Assembly: GCA_030427365.1 (NCBI GenBank)
Contig: JAUHWW010000001.1
Location: 31,963-95,962, forward strand
DNA length: 64,000 nt
Direction: 5' to 3'
From: a bacterium
GTDB taxonomy: Bacteria; Patescibacteriota; Saccharimonadia; Saccharimonadales; SZUA-47
The notes below the pieces were generated by a model. It searched no databases and was not told where the DNA came from. It worked only from the letters and a program-made list of their open reading frames with translations. Of the stretch, positions 18,949-27,801 are shown piece after piece (position 1 is the first letter of the stretch; the number at the start of each line of letters is the position of its first letter). The position numbers were made by a program, and so were the translations under genes.

Positions 18949-19374
18949 TTACTTTTTATAAACAAGAGCCGTTGAGGATATGAGCAAGATGGCAACGAGC
19001 ACGCTCAGGGTGGCGACGCTGCCTGTTTCTGCCAGCACAGCCTGCTTGTCATCAGTCTCTGCAAGTACGGCGCCTTCATCGAGCACTTCCTCAGTGCCTG
19101 CGACGGTCTCTTCGCTGACCTCACCTTTGGGCACGTTGCCGTCGTTTTCCTCAGGAGTTGTCTGCTCGTCTTCAATTGTTTCAACCTGCTCTGTTTCACA
19201 GAGATCATTAACGCCATTCTCGTCAAGGTCGACGATTTCTTCGGCTTCACATTGATTTTCAACAGGAGGTGCTTGTTGAGCTGACACTGAAGGCGCAGCA
19301 AACCACGCGGCAATCAGCACCCATAACAATGCATAGGTGAAAAAGGCTCTTAAGTGAATTGGTTTTATTGCCAT
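18949..19374 (-). CDS. Small acidic surface protein with LAETG sortase signal
   Basis: Signal peptide, acidic linker, LAETG followed by a hydrophobic helix and terminal KK. Confidence 0.75.
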   Translation of the reverse strand: MAIKPIHLRAFFTYALLWVLIAAWFAAPSVSAQQAPPVENQCEAEEIVDLDENGVNDLCETEQVETIEDEQTTPEENDGNVPKGEVSEETVAGTEEVLDEGAVLAETDDKQAVLAETGSVATLSVLVAILLISSTALVYKK

Positions 19375-19413
19375 AAGCGTCTCTTTTCTCTGTTAATGCT
19401 ATCATACTCTTGT

Positions 19414-20526
19414 ATGAGTCAGAAAAAACACATTGTCATCGATGCCCGAATACGCCCTGCTTCGACAGGACGACCGATCGCACGGTTGCTTGAACACTTG
19501 CAGGAGATCGATAAAGAGCATCGTTATACCGTCCTTATAAAAAAAGATGATGACTGGCGACCAACAGCCAAGAACTTTACCGCAAAGCCGATCGACTACC
19601 CAATATTTAGTTTCAACCCGCTGAACCAAATTGGCCTGGCACTGGCACTCCACAGGCTAAAGCCTGACCTTACCTATTTTGGGCTTACTCCATCGCAGCC
19701 GCTATTTTACTCAAGGAAATACATCACACTTACGCATGACTTGGGTATGTTGCGTTTCGCACGGGCAGGCCGTTTGCCAGAGTGGCTACACAAAATCCGT
19801 ATGGCTGGCTACCGTTTTCTGCTGCGACAAGCCCATAAGCGTGCGGCGCATATTGTGACACCAACGGAGTTTGTCGCGGAAGATGTCAAGAAATACCACC
19901 TCTTCACCAGCCGTAAAGTGACTACTATCTATGAGGCGAGTGAGCCGCCGCTGCCCGGTAAAGCACAGCAGCCAGTTAACCCGCCCAAGGAATTCATTAT
20001 GTACACCGGTAGCGCCTTCCCGCACAAGAACCTTGATCGCTTAGTCAGTGCCTTCACCATCCTTCGTGAGCAGCACCCAAATCTGAAGCTGGTGCTTGTC
20101 GGAAAGCGTGAATATCACAGCAAGCAGCTGGAGCGAAAAATTAATAAACAGGAGCTACTGCAGCGCATCATCTTTACCGGCTTTATCCCTGATGAAGAAC
20201 TCAAATGGTACTACCAAAACGCCCGAGCCTACGTCTTCCCAAGCCTCAATGAAGGCTTCGGCCTGCCAGGCCTCGAGGCGATGGTGCATGGCTGTCCAGT
20301 GGTGAGCTCTGATGCCAGCTGTTTGCCTGAGGTAAACGGCGATGCAGCGCATTATTTTAACCCGCTGGATGTGCAAGAAATGGCAGTGAAAATAGACGAG
20401 GTAATTAGCTCAGAAAAACTAAGAAACGATCTGATCAAAAAGGGCTATGAGAACGCCAAGCGTTTCAGTTGGAAAACTTTTACGAAGAAACACCTTGAAC
20501 TATTTCGGCACTATTTGAATCACTAG
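19414..20526 (+). CDS. Glycosyltransferase family 4 (GT-B)
   Basis: IVIDAR, PHKNL and FPSLNEGFGLPGLEAM motifs; start taken at MSQKK. Confidence 0.92.
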   Translation: MSQKKHIVIDARIRPASTGRPIARLLEHLQEIDKEHRYTVLIKKDDDWRPTAKNFTAKPIDYPIFSFNPLNQIGLALALHRLKPDLTYFGLTPSQPLFYSRKYITLTHDLGMLRFARAGRLPEWLHKIRMAGYRFLLRQAHKRAAHIVTPTEFVAEDVKKYHLFTSRKVTTIYEASEPPLPGKAQQPVNPPKEFIMYTGSAFPHKNLDRLVSAFTILREQHPNLKLVLVGKREYHSKQLERKINKQELLQRIIFTGFIPDEELKWYYQNARAYVFPSLNEGFGLPGLEAMVHGCPVVSSDASCLPEVNGDAAHYFNPLDVQEMAVKIDEVISSEKLRNDLIKKGYENAKRFSWKTFTKKHLELFRHYLNH

Positions 20527-20669
20527 GATCGTGACCAATTATTGCTACCAGCTCGGAGCTACTTAGATAACCTCTTCGAATTCGCGTTCTAAATACATTG
20601 CCTGTTTCTGGATCTTCTAAAACACATGTGGGCATGCTTCGTTCCCGCTCGAAGTCAGATGCTGGCAAC

Positions 20670-21146
20670 TTATTCTCCTGCTGGCTTGAGAACGATGTGG
20701 CGGTCGCGGCCTTCGCCCTCTGATTCTGTTTCGAGACCGTGCTCGCCGGCAAGCTTGTGAATGGTGCGGCGATCGGCAGCGTTCATTGGCTTGAGGTGCA
20801 TTGGCTCGCCTGACTCTTTCACCTGTTTGAGCCATTCTTCGGCGCGGTCTTCCAAGCGCGAGGCGCGCTGTTTTTTGTAATCAGCGATATCAACGTTGAC
20901 GCGCTCGAGTTCATATTCGGCAGTCTTTAGCGCCATTGAGGTCAAAAATTGCAGGGAGCGCATTGTCTCACCGCGGTTACCAATGAGAAAGCCGTTCAGA
21001 TGCGTGCTCGGCACGTTTAACTCGATCACTTCGCCGTCTTCACTCGTGGCATAGACGTCGACATTTAGGCCAAAAAACGACAAGATGTCTTCAAGATACT
21101 TCTTGGCAAATAGAATTGCTGCCTCGGCGTTTCGCTCGTCGCTCAT
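20670..21146 (-). CDS. jag: Jag/KhpB-family RNA-binding protein (KH + R3H)
   Basis: LIGNRGETMRSLQ KH motif, RRTIH R3H motif, ESEGEGRDR; downstream of yidC. Confidence 0.9.
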   Translation of the reverse strand: MSDERNAEAAILFAKKYLEDILSFFGLNVDVYATSEDGEVIELNVPSTHLNGFLIGNRGETMRSLQFLTSMALKTAEYELERVNVDIADYKKQRASRLEDRAEEWLKQVKESGEPMHLKPMNAADRRTIHKLAGEHGLETESEGEGRDRHIVLKPAGE

Positions 21147-22087
21147 TTCTTCCTCTTTCTACTCGTCTTCGGCTTAGAAGTTTTCGAAGAAGCGGTCTTT
21201 TTACTGGTGGTTTTCGAAGAAGCTGTCGACTTTTTCTCATCTAAGCGAGTCTTGCTGACCACTTTCGCGGTCGAACGCATCAATGTCTCGTCCTGGCTTA
21301 GCAGATGACGCTGCTGGAGGTAGGCAATGAGCCCGCTGGTAAACCAGTAGAGTGCTAAGGCGGCCGGGAAGCCGATAGTGATGATGAATATCAAGATTGG
21401 CATAAACAGCCCCATATTGCGGCCCATAGCGGCATTGACTTCGCTGTTATCAGGCTCCTTGCCTGATTTTGCATCGTTTAGAATATCCCGCAGCTTGCGG
21501 GCATTTTCTTCTTTTGGCATCGTTTGGCGAATCTGGAAGAACTGCGTCACAGCTGAACCGAGCACAAGCAAGAACGCCGGGAAGTAGAATCCGGCTTCAC
21601 TGTCTACGGCCGAGCGGCCAAGATCGACAATACCGAACAAGGTGTTATCAAACTTTGTCGGGTCTTCAGCGAGTTCCTGCATCGTGCCAAGGTTCTGAAT
21701 CGGCTCATACGAAAAGCTCACGAGCTGGCTTGGGTCGTTCACAATGCGGTTGAGCCCAGAAAACAGCGCGAGGAAAATGACAATCTGGACGACAAGCATA
21801 CCAATAAAGCTGAGCGGCTTGATCTCTTTCTCTTTGTAGAGCTCCATCATCATCATGGACTCTTGTTGGCGATTGCCTTTGGAAGCTTTCTTTATCTTCT
21901 TGATTTCTGGCGCCATTTCGCGCATCGCACGGGTGTGCTTGAGCTGTTTGCGCAGCAAAGGATACATCACCCAGCGGGCAAGAATAGTGAAGATAATGAT
22001 AGCTAAACCGAAGTTATGCCCTGGCAGCAGCGCATAAATAAGGCTCAGAACGTTAAAAATAGGTTGCACAAAAAGCGTGGTTAACAC
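21143..22087 (-). CDS. yidC: Membrane protein insertase YidC (short form)
   Basis: GLAIIIFTILARWVMYPL, ELYKE and PAALALYW motifs; rpmH-rnpA-yidC-jag synteny. Confidence 0.92.
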   Translation of the reverse strand: MLTTLFVQPIFNVLSLIYALLPGHNFGLAIIIFTILARWVMYPLLRKQLKHTRAMREMAPEIKKIKKASKGNRQQESMMMMELYKEKEIKPLSFIGMLVVQIVIFLALFSGLNRIVNDPSQLVSFSYEPIQNLGTMQELAEDPTKFDNTLFGIVDLGRSAVDSEAGFYFPAFLLVLGSAVTQFFQIRQTMPKEENARKLRDILNDAKSGKEPDNSEVNAAMGRNMGLFMPILIFIITIGFPAALALYWFTSGLIAYLQQRHLLSQDETLMRSTAKVVSKTRLDEKKSTASSKTTSKKTASSKTSKPKTSRKRKK

Positions 22088-22120
22088 GAAGTGGTTCTCC
22101 TCTTTGGACTTCTTTACTAA

Positions 22121-22468
22121 CTAGTGTAGCACGCGGGCAAGTATTTTTTTGGTGAGGCTCGCAACTTCGGTCTGGAGCTCATCATTCGATAGGGCCGCAA
22201 GCGACTCGTCCTTTACGTATATCACGCAGTCAACCGGCAAGTTGTCTAAACGGCGCTGCGTGCGGACTGCTTCAAACAGTCTGCGCCGAATACGATTACG
22301 CCGGACAGCTTTTGCAGCCGTTTTTTTACTTACCACCACCGCCAGTCGATAATCATCACGTTTGGGGTTTTTGCTAGCGCGTGCACTAAGCAAATCAGTA
22401 TGCACGCTTGCGCCGCGTAAACGACGAACGGCGTGCGGACCGTGAAAACGATTTTTGCGATTAATCAT
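22121..22468 (-). CDS. rnpA: Ribonuclease P protein component
   Basis: VVSKK...AVRRNRIRRRL RNR motif; synteny. Confidence 0.93.
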   Translation of the reverse strand: MINRKNRFHGPHAVRRLRGASVHTDLLSARASKNPKRDDYRLAVVVSKKTAAKAVRRNRIRRRLFEAVRTQRRLDNLPVDCVIYVKDESLAALSNDELQTEVASLTKKILARVLH

Positions 22469-22564
22469 AATAACTAGTATGGATGAAATTATTGTTTGTA
22501 TCTAGTGCAACAAATAGGCGCTTTACGCACATTCAAAACCGTGGGTACTTCGCGCTTCCCTGTT

Positions 22565-22598
22565 AAAAAAGCTTATTGCAAGTTTTTTGCAATAAGCT
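22565..22598 (-). terminator. Intrinsic terminator after rpmH
   Basis: AGCTTATTGCAA/TTGCAATAAGCT stem followed by a T6 run on the minus strand. Confidence 0.65.
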
Positions 22599-22623
22599 CC
22601 TTCCGGATTTAGGGTACTGCTGT

Positions 22624-22761
22624 TTAGTGAGTAAGACGAGCGCGGCCCTTTTCACGGCGACGCTTCACGACTGACTTCCCCTGCCGGGTAGACATGCGCT
22701 TCAAAAAGCCATGGACGCGTGATCGATGTCGTTTTTTCGGTTGGTAGGTTCGCTTTGGCAT
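22624..22761 (-). CDS. rpmH: 50S ribosomal protein L34 (not in ORF track)
   Basis: Hand translation: [45 protein letters not shown]. Confidence 0.97.
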   Translation of the reverse strand: MPKRTYQPKKRHRSRVHGFLKRMSTRQGKSVVKRRREKGRARLTH

Positions 22762-22959
22762 AAAAATCCTTTATGAAACACCCTTTCAGGGTTTCTCATC
22801 GCGCAGGGCGAGTCGGTAAAGCCGGCTTACTCTGGCTACTCTTCCCGAGCTGCAGGTTGCAATGAGAGTGGGTGCACTACTTCTTAACTTGGCTTATTAC
22901 TTTAGCAGAAATAAGAGAAGTTATCAAGGTGTTTCAGGAGTCCTTTTTACCATCACCAA

Positions 22960-23150
22960 TGCTGTGGAGAATAGCGACTCCATTGTTTGGAAAATGATGC
23001 AAAACTCTCGCCTTATCAGCAGAATTATCCACTATCCACACCTATTGTCCACACAATTTACAGAGGTCGTTTGTGGCTGTGGAAAATTCTACCCCTATTC
23101 TGCTGTTTTTCTGGCTTTCTTTGGTGTTGTGAAAGTAGCTGTGGAAAAGT
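22960..23150. promoter_or_regulatory. DnaA-box cluster upstream of dnaA (oriC part 1 / dnaA autoregulation)
   Basis: TGTGGAGAA 22963, TTATCCACT 23025, CTATCCACA 23032, TTGTCCACA 23045, TGTGGAAAA 23078 and 23140. Confidence 0.8.
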
Positions 23151-23219
23151 CACTGCTCTTTTTGGTACTATACGCATACCTAAGTAAAGCAAAAACGTGA
23201 GCGAGGGAGTAGAACGTAA

Positions 23220-24602
23220 GTGCAGGCAACTGGCGGAATATGGCAGGCAGTGCTCGGCGAGATCGAGCTAAGTGTAACGCGAGGACAATACGTCACGTGG
23301 TTTAAAAACACCGAACTGCTCGAGTATTCTCCAGAAACAGCCGTTATTGGCGTGCCGAATGTTTTTATCAAGCAGCAGCTTGAGCGTCGCTACCAAGACA
23401 CCCTACTCGACCTACTTGACAAGAACGGCGTGCGACCAAAGACGATGGAGTTTAAGATCTATAGTTCACCGTCGACGCGTTCAAGTAAGCGACGAAATAC
23501 AGATGCAGTTGAGCTGACGCCTGATCTAGACGCAACCTCCCCTCGAAAAAAGAAGCTCGAAACCAGCTCAGGCGTCGCACATAAATACCGCCAAGGATTA
23601 AACAAGAAGTACACTTTTGACTCCTTTATTGTCGGTGGTGCCAACGACTTAGCGTACGCCGCCTGTCAGGCAGTTGCCGCTTCACCGGGAGAAAAATACA
23701 ACCCATTGTTTGTCTATGGCGGCGTAGGTATTGGAAAAACGCACCTTATCCAGGCAGTTGGCAATGAAATATTAACTCAAAACCCAAGTGCTCACGTCGT
23801 CTATGTATCAACTGAGCAATTTGTGCAGGAGTTTTTGGACGCAATCCGCTTTAAAAAGAACACTGAATTCGCCGGTCACTATCGCAGCGCCGACGTGCTG
23901 ATTATTGATGATATTCAGTTTATTACCGGCAAAGAAAAGACGCAGGAAGAATTTTTTCATACCTTTAATGCGCTTCACCAGGCGAACAAGCAAATCATTA
24001 TCAGCAGTGACAAACCGCCGCACGAAATCGCCACACTGGAAGAACGTCTCAAAAGCCGCTTTGCAATGGGCATGACCGTTGATATGCGCACGCCAGAGTT
24101 TGAGACCAGGGCAGCGATTGTGCAGGCCAAGGCTGAGGCGCAGCGGCTGAATTTACCAGCCGATGTCGTAGAGTTCCTCGCAAATCATGTGAAGACAAAC
24201 ATTCGTGAACTTGAAGGCGCCCTGAACCAGCTGGTTGCCTTTTGCGAGATGAAGGGGCTCGATCCTGACTTGGCTGTCGCTAAAGTGGTGCTGGCTGGAA
24301 ACTCAACTCGGGCAAAGCACATTACCCCGAAAAAGCTTGTCGAAACCGTCGCTGACTACTACTCCGTTCCGATGGTCGACATCATGAGCCCAAAGCGCGA
24401 TAAGGAAATTGTCGTGCCGCGGCAAATTGCGATGTACCTTATGCGTGAAGAACTACACCTTAGTTTTCCGAAGATCGCTCATGAGTGCGGCCGTAAAGAC
24501 CACACGACCGCCATCCATTCGGTAGATAAAATCAGCAAGGAGTTGGCCATCAACCCAATGCTGCGTCAGCAAATCACTGACATTAAGGAGCGCATAAAAT
24601 GA
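23220..24602 (+). CDS. dnaA: Chromosomal replication initiator DnaA
   Basis: YTFDSF, NPLFVYGGVGIGKTHL, IDDIQF, RELEG and KDHTT motifs; GTG start. Confidence 0.98.
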   Translation: MQATGGIWQAVLGEIELSVTRGQYVTWFKNTELLEYSPETAVIGVPNVFIKQQLERRYQDTLLDLLDKNGVRPKTMEFKIYSSPSTRSSKRRNTDAVELTPDLDATSPRKKKLETSSGVAHKYRQGLNKKYTFDSFIVGGANDLAYAACQAVAASPGEKYNPLFVYGGVGIGKTHLIQAVGNEILTQNPSAHVVYVSTEQFVQEFLDAIRFKKNTEFAGHYRSADVLIIDDIQFITGKEKTQEEFFHTFNALHQANKQIIISSDKPPHEIATLEERLKSRFAMGMTVDMRTPEFETRAAIVQAKAEAQRLNLPADVVEFLANHVKTNIRELEGALNQLVAFCEMKGLDPDLAVAKVVLAGNSTRAKHITPKKLVETVADYYSVPMVDIMSPKRDKEIVVPRQIAMYLMREELHLSFPKIAHECGRKDHTTAIHSVDKISKELAINPMLRQQITDIKERIK

Positions 24603-24865
24603 TGCTGCGAGTGTGTGGATTAAGTGCGGAAAAGGTGCGAGTAAAGACGATCGGAAGCGTGCATAATTTGTGCAGAACACTCATCATGTCCACACCCGCA
24701 GTAGACGGCCTAGTGGCTTTCCACTGGTTTGTCCGAGCGCTTTCCATGAGGCTTCCACGATTTTCCACCGCCAAAATAACAGCGGTTGTAACGGGGTTTT
24801 CCCACGTTTCCACTGCCCCTATAACAATAACTAAGTATATATAAAGAAAAGGAGCATCTAACGCC
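24603..24865. other. oriC part 2: degenerate DnaA boxes and an AT-rich unwinding element between dnaA and dnaN
   Basis: TGTGGATTA at 24614, ATGTCCACA, several TTTCCAC cores, then ATAACAATAACTAAGTATATATAAAGAAAA. Confidence 0.75.
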
Positions 24866-25960
24866 ATGAGACTGACAGTCCACCAAGAAAACCTCGCGAA
24901 GGCCCTTGCGAGTGTGTCACGAGTCGCCAGTAGTCGGGCCAGCCTCCCGGTACTTTCAAATGTTCTTTTGCGCACTAGTGGGAATCGGCTAACAATCGCC
25001 GCGACGAATCTTGATATTGCCATTACCGAACATATTGGCGCGAAAGTCACCACTCAAGGAGCCATTACCGTACCAGCGCGCCTCATGCAGGATTTTGTAG
25101 CCAGCCTCCCTCCTGGGCAGTTAAAGCTTGATGTCGACGGCGTGAAGCTGCATATCGAAGCTGAGCGCTTTAGCTCGACTATCAATGGTATGCCAGCTGA
25201 TGAGTTCCCTGCCATGCCGACTATTGAGAGCGCTAAAGAGATTGTGTGGCCTGCTAGCGAATTAAAGGAAACATTATCACAAGTTCTGTTCGCTTCCTCG
25301 AGTGACGAAACTCGCCCAGTATTAACAGGCGTTCTCTTGCGTGAACAAAAGGGCTTGCTTGTGTGCGCTGCAACCGACTCTTATCGGCTGGCAGAAAAGC
25401 GTCTATCTCATAAAGTGTCAGAGGGGTTAAGCGTCCTGTTGCCGGCAAGCTCATTAGCAGAAGTGTCTCGAGCGATTCGGGATGATTCAGGCGATATTGT
25501 TATGTCATACGATGACAATCAAGCGCGATTTTTGGTTGATGAGGTTGAGATCGTGACCCGGCTGGTGGACGGGCAGTACCCGGAGTATAGCCGCCTATTG
25601 CCGAGTTCATTTGAGACCACCGCGACGGCTGAGCGGAGTGCAATTAGTGAAATCACCAAGGTCTCGAGCTTATTTGCCCGCGAATCAGCTGGCAGCGTCA
25701 CGCTCAATATAGATGCGGCTAAAAAACAAATCAGCATTAACTCTATCGCTTCGCAGGTTGGAGAAAATACCGCTAGTGCTGAAGCTGACGTGAGTGGCGA
25801 CGCGGTTATTACCCTTAATTCTCGCTATATTCTAGACGCTCTCGGAGCTTTTAAGGGCAGTCGGCTACAAGTGAATGTAAATGGTAAGCTCGATCCGTGC
25901 GTGCTAACCGATCCGGATGACGATTCATACCTCCATGTGATTATGCCGGTGAAGAGCTAG
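24866..25960 (+). CDS. dnaN: DNA polymerase III beta clamp
   Basis: LPVLSNV, ATNLD, RPVLTG, ATDSYRLA and VIMPV motifs. Confidence 0.97.
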   Translation: MRLTVHQENLAKALASVSRVASSRASLPVLSNVLLRTSGNRLTIAATNLDIAITEHIGAKVTTQGAITVPARLMQDFVASLPPGQLKLDVDGVKLHIEAERFSSTINGMPADEFPAMPTIESAKEIVWPASELKETLSQVLFASSSDETRPVLTGVLLREQKGLLVCAATDSYRLAEKRLSHKVSEGLSVLLPASSLAEVSRAIRDDSGDIVMSYDDNQARFLVDEVEIVTRLVDGQYPEYSRLLPSSFETTATAERSAISEITKVSSLFARESAGSVTLNIDAAKKQISINSIASQVGENTASAEADVSGDAVITLNSRYILDALGAFKGSRLQVNVNGKLDPCVLTDPDDDSYLHVIMPVKS

Positions 25961-26000
25961 CTGTGGTCTATACGCATCTCCCCGCTATACTAAAGACACA

Positions 26001-27044
26001 ATGATTCGGTCACTACAGCTGCAGCAGGTGCGCTCTCATAAGAGCAGCTTATTTTCGTTTGAAAGCGGCGTAAATATTATTGTTGGACCCAATGCGAGTG
26101 GAAAAACAAATACGCTTGAGGCGATTCACATGCTTCACACTGGTCGGTCGTTTCGTAGTAGTGACAGCGACATGGTGTCATTTGATGAAGAATGGGGGCG
26201 GATTGATGGAGAGGTCGCCGGCGAGAACCGAGTCGTGAAAATTACGAGCGGCGGCAAAAAAAGTTTTGAGATTGCCGACGTTGCCTATAAACGCCTTCCC
26301 TACCGTTTGCAGCTGCCCGTGGCGGTATTTGATCCATCACACCTTTTGCTTTTAAGTGGTGATCCTGAGGGACGGCGGCGCTATATTGATGATTTCATCT
26401 CCCAGATTGATCCACTCTATGCGGAAAGCCTCTCAAAGTATCGACGAGCCTTGCAGCAACGAAACAGATTGCTAAAATCCGACAACTTGCAGCCTGATCA
26501 GGTCTTCGTCTGGGATGTGCAGCTGGCGCAACATGCCGGTGACATTACCAGGCTTCGCTTGCAGTATATAAAATCACTCGAGGAAGTTGCTGCTCAGGCA
26601 TACCAAAGTATTAGTTCATCAGATGATGCTTTGACGATTGCGGTTGAAAGTAAATTACCCCTAGATAACTATGCAGACGGGCTGGCAAAAAAACTACGCG
26701 ATTCGTTTGAGCTGGATAGGTTGCGCGGATTTACTGGCGCCGGGCCGCACCGCGACGACCTGCTGTTCACATTAAACGGCCACGATGCGCGAGTGTCGGC
26801 ATCACGCGGAGAAAGCCGGAGCATCGTACTAGCGTTGAAGTTAGCCGAAATGCAGCAGCTGAGCGACTTCTCTGAAGTGCAGCCTATTTTTCTTCTTGAC
26901 GATGTATTCAGCGAACTTGACGGCAAGCGCCGCCGCACGCTAGCAGATACGCTGCAGCACTATCAGTCATTCATAACCACTACTGATGCCGACATCGCCG
27001 CCGAACACTTCAGCGACAGCAACGTTATCCCAATTTCACGATGA
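26001..27044 (+). CDS. recF: DNA replication/repair protein RecF
   Basis: GPNASGKTN, GPHRDD, SRGE and LLDDVFSELD motifs. Confidence 0.95.
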   Translation: MIRSLQLQQVRSHKSSLFSFESGVNIIVGPNASGKTNTLEAIHMLHTGRSFRSSDSDMVSFDEEWGRIDGEVAGENRVVKITSGGKKSFEIADVAYKRLPYRLQLPVAVFDPSHLLLLSGDPEGRRRYIDDFISQIDPLYAESLSKYRRALQQRNRLLKSDNLQPDQVFVWDVQLAQHAGDITRLRLQYIKSLEEVAAQAYQSISSSDDALTIAVESKLPLDNYADGLAKKLRDSFELDRLRGFTGAGPHRDDLLFTLNGHDARVSASRGESRSIVLALKLAEMQQLSDFSEVQPIFLLDDVFSELDGKRRRTLADTLQHYQSFITTTDADIAAEHFSDSNVIPISR

Positions 27045-27060
27045 CTGCTTCGCGGTGTGT

Positions 27061-27789
27061 TTACGGAGTGTTTTGTGGGCTGTTCGTAAACTTAACTACC
27101 TCATCAAAAGTTACTCTACCTACGGAGTTTATGTTATAAATCACACCATCATTGAGACTGTCATCACTGTTTGTTTTAAGAATTTGTGACACGGCCTGGA
27201 TGTCTTGCTGGGTATAGCCGAGATAAAAAGTAACAACTAAGTCGTTGGAAGAGTTTAGATAACGTATAGAATACCGCTCTTCCTCTATAGGGAGTTGTCT
27301 TAAGACGGTACTTTTTTGGCCATTTAGCTGCAAGGCATCGTCTATGTTTGCCCCTGTCACCGTATTGGTAATCGACAAGATGGCAAACCCAAGTTCAGAA
27401 TACTGAACCTTGAGCTCAATCTCTTCTTCGAGACCGTAATAGAAACCTGTATGTACGTACATTTCACCATCGGTGGCAAACCCATCAGAAAAAGTAAACC
27501 CAATCAACTGCTGCTCATTAATAAAAGCACTGCTTGTCGTTTTTGCAAATAGTGCCAAATCCTCCTGTGCTAGCCGAAAAATTCGTTCATCCTGGTTTAT
27601 GTGCGGAAAAAACTCATCGGAATTATAAATAATTGCATAGTCGCGGCCTGCTCTTGGGTCGTCATACGGATTTTGTTTTGCAGGATTAACCGGACCACCC
27701 TCGCTAGTAAAATAGGCAACAGTTATCCCTAGTAATGCAAACACTATAACGATAACAAAGCTGAGTTTTCTAATAACCTGCATATTCAT
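27061..27789 (-). CDS. Hypothetical N-terminally anchored protein, last gene of the T4SS-like operon
   Basis: One TM helix, GGAGG RBS, co-oriented with the operon. Confidence 0.7.
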   Translation of the reverse strand: MNMQVIRKLSFVIVIVFALLGITVAYFTSEGGPVNPAKQNPYDDPRAGRDYAIIYNSDEFFPHINQDERIFRLAQEDLALFAKTTSSAFINEQQLIGFTFSDGFATDGEMYVHTGFYYGLEEEIELKVQYSELGFAILSITNTVTGANIDDALQLNGQKSTVLRQLPIEEERYSIRYLNSSNDLVVTFYLGYTQQDIQAVSQILKTNSDDSLNDGVIYNINSVGRVTFDEVVKFTNSPQNTP

Positions 27790-27801
27790 ACTATTTCCTC
27801 C

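Noticed and set aside
20480-20835. Short ORFs overlapping jag and the GT4 end
   Set aside because: They overlap real genes in alternative frames and have no RBS or motif support.
21150-21240. KTASSK repeat in the YidC tail
   Set aside because: An ordinary low-complexity basic C-terminal tail.
22862-23200. ORF-track ORFs of 112 aa and 66 aa upstream of dnaA
   Set aside because: They overlie the DnaA-box cluster and promoter region and show no protein-like features.
24453-25053. ORFs spanning the dnaA-dnaN gap
   Set aside because: Shadow frames over oriC and antisense to dnaN.
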